Shown here piece by piece: positions 30,897 to 40,230 of a DNA stretch of 64,000 nucleotides. How positions within the stretch are numbered: position 1 is the first letter of the stretch; each line of letters starts with the position of its first letter. The stretch comes from Pseudooceanicola sp. (lineage in GTDB: Bacteria > Pseudomonadota > Alphaproteobacteria > Rhodobacterales > Rhodobacteraceae), in the NCBI RefSeq assembly GCF_029213205.1, contig NZ_JARGNH010000013.1, positions 13,558 through 77,557 on the forward strand, read 5' to 3'. The position numbers and the translations under genes were made by a program. The notes below the pieces were generated by a model. The model was not told the DNA's origin. It searched no databases and worked only from the letters and a program-made list of their open reading frames with translations.

Positions 30897-31871
30897 ATGA
30901 GGCGCCTGACCGCGGTGCTGCTGGCGCTGGGCCTGGCCGGGCCAGCCCTGGCTGAGGATTGCACAGCGGGCGCCGGGCGGCTGGCCTTTGCCGCCACTGA
31001 CACCGCGCTGAGTGCCGGGCAGCGCACCGCGCTTGACGTGCCCGGCGGCTGGACCCTGACCTTTGACCCGGTGGCAAGCGGCTGGGATGTCCAGCTGCGC
31101 GACTGGAACGGGCTGGACCTGAGCGCTGGCGGCGTGCCGCGCTTTGGCATTGATCCCCGAGCCCTGCATGGCTGGCATTTTCGCAATGCTGCCAACAGCG
31201 GCCCGAACACCGGCGATGTGAACGCGCCGCAGGTGCTGCGCCAGTTCCTGTTCGATCCGCGTCTGGCGGGCACGGCCGGTCTGAAACCCTCTGGCGGCGC
31301 GGCACCCGCGCCGGACCCGGAACAGGGCCGCGCTCGGATCGAGATCACCGAGATGGCGTTGACGCCGGTCGGGCAGGGCGCGCGGGCCGGATTCCTGTCG
31401 GCGCGGGTCGATATCTGCCTCAACTGGCCGGACCCGTCACGCGCGGATCCGCTGGCGGCGCTGGTGGCCTGCGGGCTCGACCTCGCGCGCTGGTCGCCCG
31501 CCGCCACCCTGGATCCGCCGGGCCTGGTCGGTGGCTTTGGCACCGGCCCGGCAGCGGATGCGGCGCTGATCGTCACCGGGCGTGCGACGGGGCAGATCGC
31601 CCTGGCGCTGTGTCTGGATGGCAGTGATTTGCGGCTGGTCCCCGATGACGGCACGCTGGTGGCGGGCGGGCTGCTGGCCCGGGCCGAGGTCTTGCGCAGC
31701 CTGCCGGGGGATCATGGCGCACTTGGCTATTACGGCGAACCGGATTGGCCCAATCCGGAGGGCGAGGTGATCGTCATCGAACGGATCGAGAAATCCATCG
31801 ACCTGGTGTTCCGCAAAGGCGGCGACTGGCAGGCGCAACGGGTCTATGGCCTGGTCACCGATGAAAAATAG
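30897..31871 (+). CDS. Hypothetical exported protein
   Basis: Signal peptide MRRLTAVLLALGLAGPALA; starts 1 nt after the previous stop. Confidence 0.7.
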   Translation: MRRLTAVLLALGLAGPALAEDCTAGAGRLAFAATDTALSAGQRTALDVPGGWTLTFDPVASGWDVQLRDWNGLDLSAGGVPRFGIDPRALHGWHFRNAANSGPNTGDVNAPQVLRQFLFDPRLAGTAGLKPSGGAAPAPDPEQGRARIEITEMALTPVGQGARAGFLSARVDICLNWPDPSRADPLAALVACGLDLARWSPAATLDPPGLVGGFGTGPAADAALIVTGRATGQIALALCLDGSDLRLVPDDGTLVAGGLLARAEVLRSLPGDHGALGYYGEPDWPNPEGEVIVIERIEKSIDLVFRKGGDWQAQRVYGLVTDEK

Positions 31872-31962
31872 GGGGCCGCGACGGGCACGGCTGGTTGATC
31901 CGGCGCGGCGCTGCTATAGCTGGGGGCCAGCCAGACCTCCTATGCGGTAGACCCGGAATCCC

Positions 31963-32598
31963 ATGTCGCAGTCAGCGCCTATCATCCCCGGCCCCGACCC
32001 TGCCGATCTGATCGCCTGCCCGCGTTGCGATGCGCTTTACCGGGTCAGCGAACCGGCGAGGGGCGAGCGGGCGGTTTGCGCGCGGTGTCATACGGTGCTG
32101 ATCGCGCCTCGGCGTGGCGCCGGGCTGCAACTGATCGCGGTGGCGCTGACCGTGGTGATTCTGGTGATCTCGGCAACCATATTTCCGTTTCTGACAATCC
32201 GGGTTGGCAACGCCTGGCATTCCAGCTCGATCCTCGGGGCGGCGCTGTCGTTCCATGGCGGGCCCTTCGTGTTTCTGGCGCTGGCGGTGGCGGCGCTGAT
32301 CGTGTTCGTGCCGGTGCTGCGGGCGCTGCTGATGCTCTATGTTCTGATCCCGCTGGTCTGGGACCGCCCGCCGGCCACCGGCGCGCGCCGCGCCTTTCGT
32401 CTCTCCGAAGACCTGCGGCCCTGGTCGATGGCCGAGGTCTTTGCTATCGGCTGCGCCGTGGCGCTGGTCAAAGTCGCGGATCTGGCCGATGTCGATTTCG
32501 GCCCGGCCTTCTGGATGTTCGCGGTCCTGGTGGTTCTGGTGGTTGCCCAGGACACCTTCATGTGCAGGTATTCGGTATGGAAATCACTGGAACGGTGA
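31963..32598 (+). CDS. pqiA: Paraquat-inducible protein A (first half-size copy)
   Basis: ACPRCD...CARCH Zn-finger-like motif, RPWSMAEVF, ALVKVADLA. Confidence 0.9.
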   Translation: MSQSAPIIPGPDPADLIACPRCDALYRVSEPARGERAVCARCHTVLIAPRRGAGLQLIAVALTVVILVISATIFPFLTIRVGNAWHSSSILGAALSFHGGPFVFLALAVAALIVFVPVLRALLMLYVLIPLVWDRPPATGARRAFRLSEDLRPWSMAEVFAIGCAVALVKVADLADVDFGPAFWMFAVLVVLVVAQDTFMCRYSVWKSLER

Positions 32599-33239
32599 CC
32601 ACCGCCCGGGCCGCCGGGCTGATTGCCTGCCGCCGCTGCACCACGGTGTGGCCGGCAGGCACCGCCACCTGTGGGCGCTGTGGCCATGCCATCGCCTCAC
32701 GCGATCAGCTGTCGCTGCAAAAGGTCTGGGCCTGGTGGATTGTCGGCGTGGTTTGCTATGTCCCGGCCAATGTCCTGCCGATGCTGCAAACCCGCACCCT
32801 GGGCATGGTTGAAAACAACACCATCATCGGTGGCGCCGCGCAATTGGCGGATCATGGCAATTGGGGCGTGGCGATCGTGATCCTGGTCGCCTCGGTGATG
32901 ATCCCGATTGGCAAATTCGCGGTGATCGCGGCGCTGGCGATCAGCGTGCGGCATGGATCGGGAATGTCCCAGCTCAGGCGGCAACATCTGTTCGAACTGG
33001 TCGAATATATCGGGCGGTGGTCAATGATTGACGTTTTTGTCGTGGCATTGCTGTCGTCATTGGTGCAATTGGGTGCGTTGGCTGCCGTGGCACCGGGACC
33101 GGCAAGTCTGTATTTCGCGATGTCGGTGGTCTTTACCATGCTTTCTGCGCAGAGTTTTGACAGTCGGATGATCTGGGACCCGGACACAATTGTCAGCCGG
33201 GCCGACCGTTTGCGACGCCTACCGGGCCAGCCCGGATGA
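32595..33239 (+). CDS. pqiA: Paraquat-inducible protein A (second half-size copy)
   Basis: ACRRC...CGRCGH, YVPANVLPML, ASVMIPIGK, IGRWSMIDVFVV, FDSRMIWD. GTG start overlaps the previous stop (alternative ATG at 32577). Confidence 0.9.
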   Translation: MTTARAAGLIACRRCTTVWPAGTATCGRCGHAIASRDQLSLQKVWAWWIVGVVCYVPANVLPMLQTRTLGMVENNTIIGGAAQLADHGNWGVAIVILVASVMIPIGKFAVIAALAISVRHGSGMSQLRRQHLFELVEYIGRWSMIDVFVVALLSSLVQLGALAAVAPGPASLYFAMSVVFTMLSAQSFDSRMIWDPDTIVSRADRLRRLPGQPG

Positions 33240-35608
33240 GCGATCAGATCATCCCGCCGCAGTTGCCGGTCGAACCGGTGCGCCAGTCGATTCTGGAACG
33301 GGTCTCGATCGTCTGGATCATCCCGCTGATTGCATTGCTGATTGCGCTGGGCGTTGCCTGGCAATCCTATCAGAGCCGCGGGCCGGTGATCGAAATCGCC
33401 TTTGAAAACGCCAGTGGCGTGGTCGCCAACGAGACCGAGCTGCGCTATCGCGATGTCGCCGTTGGGGTGGTCGAGCGGGTGACCTTTACCGAATCGCTCG
33501 ACAAGGTGCTGGTGCGGGTGCGGGTGGATCGCGACGTTGCCCCCTATGTCGATGAGGATGCGCAATTCTGGGTGGTGCGCCCCAAGATTTCGACCGAAGG
33601 CATCGAGGGGCTGGACACCGTCCTGACCGGGGTTTTCATCGAAGGGCTGTGGAACACCAAGCCCGGCAACGCCCCGGCGCGGTTTGACGGGCTGAGCGAG
33701 GCGCCGCTGTCGCGCGACGGGCGCGACGGGCTGCGCATCGTGCTGCGTGCGGTCGATGACACCGGCCTGACCGAGAACGCGCCAATCGTCTATCGCGGCA
33801 TCGACGTGGGCCGGATTGGCCGCGCCCAGGTCTCTGCCGATGGCACCACGGTCGAGGCCGAGGCGATCATCTTCAAGCCCCATGACCGCCTGATCTCGAC
33901 CGCGACGCGATTCTGGGAAAGCTCTGGTTTCACCTTCAACCTGGGGCCGAGCGGTGCTGAGATCGACTTTTCCTCGCTGGCCTCGCTGATTTCCGGCGGC
34001 ATCAGCTTTTCCACCGTGGTGTCAGGCGGTGGCGTGGTGACCCCGGGCACCGTCTTTTCCGTTTACACCGACGAAGGCGCGGCCCGCGCCAGCGTCTTTG
34101 CCGAGGGCGACGGCGCGCCGCTGAACCTGACGGCGGTGTTTGCCGACAATGTCGCCGGTTTGACGGTGGATTCACCGGTCGATCTTGGCGGGGTCCGGGT
34201 TGGCCGGGTGACTTCGGTCAACGGGTTGGTCGATCCAGAGCGTTTTGGCGACCGGCAGGTGCGGCTGGCGGCGACGCTGGCGATCCGGCCTGGCCGTCTG
34301 GGCCTGCCCTCTGGCGAGGCTTCGCCCGAAGCGGCCCTGGAGTTTCTGGACAAGCAGGTCCGCGACGGGCTGCGGGCACGGCTGGTGACCGCCTCGATCC
34401 TGACCGGCGGGCTGAAGGTCGAATTGCTGATGGTCGAAGATGCCGAACCGGCGTTGCTGGACCAGACCGGGTCGCCGAACCCGGTGGTCCCGACCACCGA
34501 AAGCGAAATCGCCGATGTCTCGGCCACAGCCGAAGGTCTGTTCGAGCGGATCAATGCCCTGCCGATCGAGGATCTGATGAACGCCGCCATCGGCGCGCTC
34601 GATAATGTCAGCCGCTTTGTTGCCGGTGATGACCTGCGCAAGGTGCCCGGCGACCTCAGGGCGCTGCTTGGCGATGCCCGCGGGCTGATCGGCTCCGAGG
34701 CGGCGCAGGCGCTGCCCGGACAGTTGTCGGCAACCACCGAGGAATTGCGCCTGTTGGTCACCCGGCTGAACGAAGACCAAGCGGCGACACGGCTGCTGGC
34801 GGCGGTGGATGCGGTGAACGCGGCTGCGGCTTCGGCCACGGCGGCGGTGGCCGGGGTGCCGGCGCTGGTGACCCGTCTGGAAGCGGTGGCGGCCAAGGCG
34901 CAATCGCTGCCGCTGAACGAACTGGTGGATGAGGTCAACGCGCTGGCCCGCAACGCCAATGCGGTGATCGGCACCGAGGCGGCCAAGGCGATGCCTGGCG
35001 CCGTCACCGACAGCCTGAACAATCTCACCGCCTTCCTGAGCGACCTGCGCGATCGCAATGTCGCGGGCAGCGCCGCCGAGGCGCTGGTGGCTGTGCGTGA
35101 CGCGGCGGCGGATCTGTCGACCAGCGTCGCCGGGGTGCCGGAGCTGATCAAGAAGATCGACGCGGTGGCGGCCAAGGCCGAAACCCTGCCGCTGAACGAA
35201 TTGGCGGCGGATCTGGCCAAGCTGCTGGAAAGCGCCGATGCGCTGATTGGCACCGATGCGGCACGGCAATTGCCCGTCGACCTTTCGGCGGCTCTGGCAT
35301 CGCTGCGTCAGGTGCTGGACGACCTGCGCGATGGTGGCCTGATCGAGAACGCCAATCAGACCTTTGCCTCGGCCCGCGATGCCGCCGACAGCATCGCGGC
35401 GGCGTCCAGCGATTTGCCAGCGTTGATCCGCCGTGCCCAGGCGGTGCTCGGTCAGGCCTCGGACGTGCTGCGCGGCTATGATGCCTCCAAAGGCATCGGC
35501 AAGGACGCCGCGCAGGCGCTGCGCGAGGTTGAACGCGCCGCCGCCGCCGTGGGATCGCTGTCGCGGGCCCTGGAACGCAACCCGAATTCGCTGCTTTTCG
35601 GAAGGTAG
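33236..35608 (+). CDS. pqiB: PqiB-family MCE (MlaD-domain) intermembrane transport protein
   Basis: N-terminal TM (VWIIPLIA), three MCE-like domains, long Ala-rich helical C-terminus ending ERNPNSLLFGR. Confidence 0.92.
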   Translation: MSDQIIPPQLPVEPVRQSILERVSIVWIIPLIALLIALGVAWQSYQSRGPVIEIAFENASGVVANETELRYRDVAVGVVERVTFTESLDKVLVRVRVDRDVAPYVDEDAQFWVVRPKISTEGIEGLDTVLTGVFIEGLWNTKPGNAPARFDGLSEAPLSRDGRDGLRIVLRAVDDTGLTENAPIVYRGIDVGRIGRAQVSADGTTVEAEAIIFKPHDRLISTATRFWESSGFTFNLGPSGAEIDFSSLASLISGGISFSTVVSGGGVVTPGTVFSVYTDEGAARASVFAEGDGAPLNLTAVFADNVAGLTVDSPVDLGGVRVGRVTSVNGLVDPERFGDRQVRLAATLAIRPGRLGLPSGEASPEAALEFLDKQVRDGLRARLVTASILTGGLKVELLMVEDAEPALLDQTGSPNPVVPTTESEIADVSATAEGLFERINALPIEDLMNAAIGALDNVSRFVAGDDLRKVPGDLRALLGDARGLIGSEAAQALPGQLSATTEELRLLVTRLNEDQAATRLLAAVDAVNAAAASATAAVAGVPALVTRLEAVAAKAQSLPLNELVDEVNALARNANAVIGTEAAKAMPGAVTDSLNNLTAFLSDLRDRNVAGSAAEALVAVRDAAADLSTSVAGVPELIKKIDAVAAKAETLPLNELAADLAKLLESADALIGTDAARQLPVDLSAALASLRQVLDDLRDGGLIENANQTFASARDAADSIAAASSDLPALIRRAQAVLGQASDVLRGYDASKGIGKDAAQALREVERAAAAVGSLSRALERNPNSLLFGR
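34559..35464 (+). repeat. Three imperfect ~93-aa helical repeats in the PqiB C-terminal region
   Basis: Units start LPIEDL (34559), LPLNEL (34907) and LPLNEL (35186; 279 nt after the second), each followed by IG(S/T)(E/D)AA..(L/M)P and ending in a GVP/DLP..AV.AKA-like segment. Confidence 0.75.
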
Positions 35609-35614
35609 ATCGAC

Positions 35615-36184
35615 ATGCGCTATCCCATCCTGCACGCCGTTTTGGCCCTGTCCCTGCTCACCGCCTGTTCCGGTGAATCCTCGCAGCTCTATTCGGTGCC
35701 GCCCGCCGTGGTGAGCGGTGAAAAGATGCGGATTTCCTATCGAAGTGTTGAGCTGGTCGAGGTGTCACTGCCCGCCTATGCGGCCTCTGAAGAGATCCAT
35801 AGGCGTGGCAACGACGGTGCCCTGACCGCGCAGGGCGGGTTGCTCTGGTCGGATGCCCCGGCGCGGGCGGTGACCCTGGAACTGGCGCGCTATCTGGCGC
35901 AGATGACCAGCGCCCGGGTGGCGCCGGAGCCCTGGCCCTTTGCCGACAGGGCGGCGGTGCGGGTCGATGTAAGGGTCGAAGAGATGTTCGCCGACGGCGA
36001 CATGCTGTTCCGGATGAGCGGCCAGTATTTCGTCGCCCCCGATGCCGGTGGCCGAGACCGTTCGGGCCTGTTTTCCCTGAGCGCGCCGATCGCCCCGGGC
36101 GGCGGTGTTGCCGCGGTTGCCGCCGCGCGTGGCGAGGTGGTGCGCGATCTGGCCCGGGACATCGCCAAGGACGGGCTGCGCTGA
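35615..36184 (+). CDS. pqiC: PqiC-family auxiliary lipoprotein
   Basis: Lipobox LLTAC, VSLPAYA, WSDAPARAV; follows pqiB. Confidence 0.88.
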   Translation: MRYPILHAVLALSLLTACSGESSQLYSVPPAVVSGEKMRISYRSVELVEVSLPAYAASEEIHRRGNDGALTAQGGLLWSDAPARAVTLELARYLAQMTSARVAPEPWPFADRAAVRVDVRVEEMFADGDMLFRMSGQYFVAPDAGGRDRSGLFSLSAPIAPGGGVAAVAAARGEVVRDLARDIAKDGLR

Positions 36185-36427
36185 ACTGGCGAGGTGGCGG
36201 AAACTGGCCGATTTCCTTCGTATTCTGTTACAATTGTTTCGGTTTATTACGGGATTCGGGCCGCAAAGCCATACAGGCACCGGCGCCCAGCTACCCCGCG
36301 TCATTTCCCCTTTCGTGCATTGCATGACGCTTTTATGATCTCTAGAAAGCGTCCCATCGGTGACCGTAAGCCCCCTATGTTTTTGGCACGGCATTGCTAT
36401 TCAGAGACGCCCGTGTCGGAGGGAAGA

Positions 36428-37663
36428 GTGGACAAACCGAACCCCAAAAGTTCGAGCTTCGAAGGTTATGCGCGCCGCCGTTTTCGGATGGCCGGTTCTG
36501 CGCTTCTCGAAGGCGGACACCCCTGGTTTGCGCATACGGATACGATTGCCGATGCGTCGAATAAATTGGCGGGCGGATACGTCAGCTTTGCGCATTACGA
36601 TTACCTTGGCCTGCTCAAGGATCCGCGGATGACCGCCGCCGCCAAGGCGGCGATCGACGAATTCGGATCCGGCGCCGGGGCGTCGCGGCTGGTTGGTGGC
36701 GAACGCACCGCGCACCGCAAATTCGAAGACGACATGGCCGAGTTTCTGGGCGTTGGCGGGGTGCTGGCGCTGATCTCGGGCTATCTGACCAACATGTCGA
36801 TCATCAGCCATTTCATGGGTGCGCGCGATCTGGTCATCACCGATGACCTTGCGCATAATTCCATCGTGATGGGCGCCAAGGCTGGCAAGTTCAGCCATAT
36901 CAAATTCCGTCACAACGACCTCGATCATCTGGAGCATATCCTGACGACGGAACGGTCGAAATACGCCCGCGTTCTCATCGCGGCAGAGGGACTTTATTCG
37001 ATGGACGGCGACCTGGCCGACCTGCCTCGGCTGGTCGAGATCAAGGACCGTCACGACGCCTGGCTGCTGCTGGACGAGGCGCATTCCTATGGCGTTCTGG
37101 GCGACGCTGGCCGCGGCCTGTGCGAACGCTGCGGCGTCGATCCCGAACGGGTCGAATTGCAGATCGGCACCCTGTCGAAAAGCTTTGCCTCTTCGGGCGG
37201 TTTCATCGCGGCTTCGAAGGTGGTGATCGACTGGCTGCGGTTCACGCTGCCCTGTTTCGTCTATTCGGTGGGCCTGTCGCCCGCCACGCTGGCCACCGCG
37301 CAGACCGCATTGGACATTCTCAAGGCCGAGCCTGAGCGGGTGCGCGCCCTGCATCGCAACAGCCAGATGTTTCTGAGCAAGGCCCGCGCGGCGGGTCTGG
37401 ACACCCACACCGCGGTGGGCGAAGCGGTGATCCCGGTTCTGTTCCAGACGCAGGAGCAGACGCTTGCCATCTCGCAAATCCTGCTGGAGCAGGGGATCTA
37501 TGCGCCGCCCATCATCCATGTCGGCGTTCCGAAGGACCTGCCGCGCATTCGGTTCTTCATTTCCGCCGGCCATACAGAGGCCGACATCGACCGCGTGGTC
37601 ACGGCATTGGCGCAAGCCGCTGAAATGACCGCCGACCTCGTGGGCAAAGCTGTCGGAACATAA
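36428..37663 (+). CDS. PLP-dependent alpha-oxoamine synthase (serine palmitoyltransferase/BioF family; RkpG/WcbT-like subgroup)
   Basis: YDYLGL, GAGASRLVGG, HNSI, FRHND, EGLYSMDGD, DEAHSYG, GTLSK (PLP Lys), RIRFFI. GTG start at 36428 after GGAGG. The context has no biotin genes. Confidence 0.9.
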   Translation: MDKPNPKSSSFEGYARRRFRMAGSALLEGGHPWFAHTDTIADASNKLAGGYVSFAHYDYLGLLKDPRMTAAAKAAIDEFGSGAGASRLVGGERTAHRKFEDDMAEFLGVGGVLALISGYLTNMSIISHFMGARDLVITDDLAHNSIVMGAKAGKFSHIKFRHNDLDHLEHILTTERSKYARVLIAAEGLYSMDGDLADLPRLVEIKDRHDAWLLLDEAHSYGVLGDAGRGLCERCGVDPERVELQIGTLSKSFASSGGFIAASKVVIDWLRFTLPCFVYSVGLSPATLATAQTALDILKAEPERVRALHRNSQMFLSKARAAGLDTHTAVGEAVIPVLFQTQEQTLAISQILLEQGIYAPPIIHVGVPKDLPRIRFFISAGHTEADIDRVVTALAQAAEMTADLVGKAVGT

Positions 37664-37667
37664 CTCC

Positions 37668-38297
37668 ATGGCACAGATCCAACCTGTAACCCCGGCCGTG
37701 GTCAGGGGAACCATAGCGCTTCTTTTCGCGTTTGTGACGGCTGTTTTCACCCTCGCCGCCCCGGCGGCGCAGGCGGCGCCCAAGCTGAGCCTGCAATCGC
37801 GGCAGGTGACGGCGGCGATGCCGGTGTTCCGCAGCGAGTTCCCGCGGCCCAAGGACGGCGGCCAGGTGTTCTTTATCCAGCGCTCGCCGAATTCCAACAC
37901 GGTGGTCTATGCCGCGCGGGTGACGGGCGGTCAGCTGGACGCCAAATCGCCGGTCTCGGCCTATTGGCGGCGGTACAACACCGATGGCGCGGCCAAGGGG
38001 CTGAGCGGCATGGAACGCCGCCTGGCCTATGGCGTTTCGGCAAGTTCCAACGGCGACGGCACCTATGACGTCAGTTTCAAGGCGCTGCCGACGGTAAAAC
38101 CAATTTTGCGGGTAGAAAAAGGGCGCCCTGCGCTGTTTACCCGCATGGGAGATGAGGAGGCGCGTATGATTTACGCCTACCTCGATGTCGACGACGGCGG
38201 GCTTTTCCCGCGTGTCACCGGTCTAAAGCTGGTGGGGCGGCTCGCGTCGGGCAAATACGTGACTGAAACATATCGGGTTACGGGCGGAGAGCTCTGA
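37668..38297 (+). CDS. Exported DUF4833-like protein
   Basis: Signal peptide ending AQA; FFIQRSPNSNTVVY..., AYWRRY...G...LSGMERRLAYG matches the DUF4833 pattern as I recall it. Confidence 0.7.
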   Translation: MAQIQPVTPAVVRGTIALLFAFVTAVFTLAAPAAQAAPKLSLQSRQVTAAMPVFRSEFPRPKDGGQVFFIQRSPNSNTVVYAARVTGGQLDAKSPVSAYWRRYNTDGAAKGLSGMERRLAYGVSASSNGDGTYDVSFKALPTVKPILRVEKGRPALFTRMGDEEARMIYAYLDVDDGGLFPRVTGLKLVGRLASGKYVTETYRVTGGEL

Positions 38298-38299
38298 GA

Positions 38300-39412
38300 A
38301 TGACAATTGAAAAGAAAAACCCAATCCGGGTGGCTATTGCCGGGGTAGGGAACTGTGCCAGTTCACTCGTGCAGGGGGTGTCCTACTGCAAGCAGATGGG
38401 TGACAAGGCCATCGGGGTCAGCTTCCCCGACCTTGGCGGCTATGCGCCGTCGGACATCGAATTTGTGGCGGCGTTTGATATCGACGCGCGCAAGGTCAAT
38501 CGCCCGCTGGGCGAGGCGATCATGGCCGCGCCGAACTGCACCGCGACCTTTTGCGATGACGTAAGCGAGCATAAGGCCATGGTGCGCCGTGGTCCGGACC
38601 TGGACGGGTTCACCGCGTTCATGCGCAACCAGAACCCGGAGCGGGCCTTTCAGGGGTCGCCGGAACCGGCGCTGACCCAGGCCGAAGTGACCCAGGTGCT
38701 GAAGGATTCGAACGCCGAAGTCCTGATCATCTTCCTGCCGGTCGGCTCCATCGAGGCGGTCGAGTTCTATGTGCAATGTGCGCTGGACGCGGGCGTGTCG
38801 ATCGTCAACGGCATCCCGGTGTTCATCGTTTCCAACCCGGTCTGGGCGAAGAAATTCGAAGATGCCGGCATTCCGATCCTGGGCGACGATTTCAAGGCGC
38901 AGTTCGGGGCCACGATCATGCACCGCACGGTGGCGGCCTTGGCCGACATGCGCGGCGTTCAGATCGACCGGACCTATCAGTTGAACGTCGGCGGCAACAC
39001 CGACTTCCTCAACATGATGGACGGTGACCGGCTGGCAATGAAGCGCGAGTCGAAAACCGAAGCGGTGCAAGAGGCGATGGATGCCCGGTTGGCTGGCGAC
39101 GACATTCGTGTCGGCCCTTCGGATTATGTGCCATGGCTGAACGACCGCAAGGTCGCCTATATCCGCCTTGAGGGTCGCCTGTTCGGCGGTGTCGCAACCA
39201 ATGTCGAAATGCGGCTCGAGGTCGAGGACAGTCCGAATGCGGCGGCCGAGGCGCTGGCGGCGATCCGCTGTGCCAAGATCGCCCGCGAACGCGGGATGGC
39301 CGGTCCGGTCAAGGCGGCTTCGGCCTTTATCTTCAAGCATCCGCCGGAACAGATGGCCGATGAAGAGGCCTATCGGCAGATGGTCGCCTTTGCGGAAGGG
39401 ACCACCGGATAA
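38300..39412 (+). CDS. ino1: Myo-inositol-1-phosphate synthase (actinobacterial/archaeal type)
   Basis: GVGNCASSLVQG, GDDFKAQFGAT, YQLNVGGNTDFLNM, SKTEAVQ, GPSDYVPWLNDRK, LEVEDSPNAA. Confidence 0.95.
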   Translation: MTIEKKNPIRVAIAGVGNCASSLVQGVSYCKQMGDKAIGVSFPDLGGYAPSDIEFVAAFDIDARKVNRPLGEAIMAAPNCTATFCDDVSEHKAMVRRGPDLDGFTAFMRNQNPERAFQGSPEPALTQAEVTQVLKDSNAEVLIIFLPVGSIEAVEFYVQCALDAGVSIVNGIPVFIVSNPVWAKKFEDAGIPILGDDFKAQFGATIMHRTVAALADMRGVQIDRTYQLNVGGNTDFLNMMDGDRLAMKRESKTEAVQEAMDARLAGDDIRVGPSDYVPWLNDRKVAYIRLEGRLFGGVATNVEMRLEVEDSPNAAAEALAAIRCAKIARERGMAGPVKAASAFIFKHPPEQMADEEAYRQMVAFAEGTTG

Positions 39413-40230
39413 TGGCGCGGCCCGGGCAGCACGCCCCGGCCTGGATTTCAGGCGGGTCGAGCGGCATCGGGCTTGAGGTCGCGCGGCAACTCGCGGCCAA
39501 GGGTCGGCCAGTGGTGCTGATCGCGCGCAACGCTGAACGCTTGGCGGTCGCGGCGGGCTCGCTCCGCCGCGACGTGCCCGGCGCCGGGGTTGATTGCATC
39601 GCTTGCGATGTCACTGATCACGCCGCTGTCATGGCGGCTGTGGCCGAGGCGTTTGCGGCGCGCGGCGCCCCCGGCATTGTGGTGGCCAGCGCCGGTCTGG
39701 CCGAGCCGGGCCGGTTCCTCGATCAGGAGATCGGATCGCATCACGCCCAACTTTCGGTCAATTACACCGGCACTCTGAACCTGCTGCATGCGGCGGCCCC
39801 GCTGATGCGCGACGCCGGTGGCGGGCAGATGGCACTGATCTCTTCCGGCGCGGCGTTCTTTGGTATTTATGGGTATGGTGCGTATGCACCGTCGAAATTC
39901 GCGGTGCGGGCCCTGGCCGAGGTTTTGCGTGTCGAACTGGCGCCGCATGATATTTCGGTCACCCTCTGCTATCCGCCCGACACCGACACGCCGCAGCTGG
40001 CCGCCGAATCGCTGACCAAGCCCGAGGCGACCAAGATCATCAGCGAAGGCGGCGGGCTCTGGCAGCCCGGCGACGTCGCCCGGTTGACCATCCGTGGGAT
40101 GGAGCGTGGCCGCTTTGCGGTCACCCCGGGCTGGCAGATGACCGCGCTCTACTGGATCGCGCCGCTGATCTGGCCGATCATGCGCTGGCACCAGGGCCGG
40201 GTGGTTCGCAAAGTCGGTGCCGAAAAATGA
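39412..40230 (+). CDS. Short-chain dehydrogenase, 3-ketodihydrosphingosine reductase (KDSR/Tsc10)-like
   Basis: GGSSGIG, catalytic YAPSK, FAVRALAEVLRVEL, the KDSR-like YPPDTDTP, and a C-terminal amphipathic segment. TAATG overlap with ino1. Confidence 0.8.
   Translation: MARPGQHAPAWISGGSSGIGLEVARQLAAKGRPVVLIARNAERLAVAAGSLRRDVPGAGVDCIACDVTDHAAVMAAVAEAFAARGAPGIVVASAGLAEPGRFLDQEIGSHHAQLSVNYTGTLNLLHAAAPLMRDAGGGQMALISSGAAFFGIYGYGAYAPSKFAVRALAEVLRVELAPHDISVTLCYPPDTDTPQLAAESLTKPEATKIISEGGGLWQPGDVARLTIRGMERGRFAVTPGWQMTALYWIAPLIWPIMRWHQGRVVRKVGAEK

Noticed and set aside
31963-33239. Two half-size pqiA ORFs as a frameshifted pseudogene
   Set aside because: Each half has its own Cys motif and a GTGA stop/start overlap; split pqiA is a common arrangement.
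36194-37663. Calling the alpha-oxoamine synthase bioF (biotin synthesis)
   Set aside because: No bioA/B/C/D genes are nearby, and it is coupled to a KDSR-like SDR, ino1 and lipid enzymes. The family assignment alone cannot fix the substrate, so no gene symbol was given.
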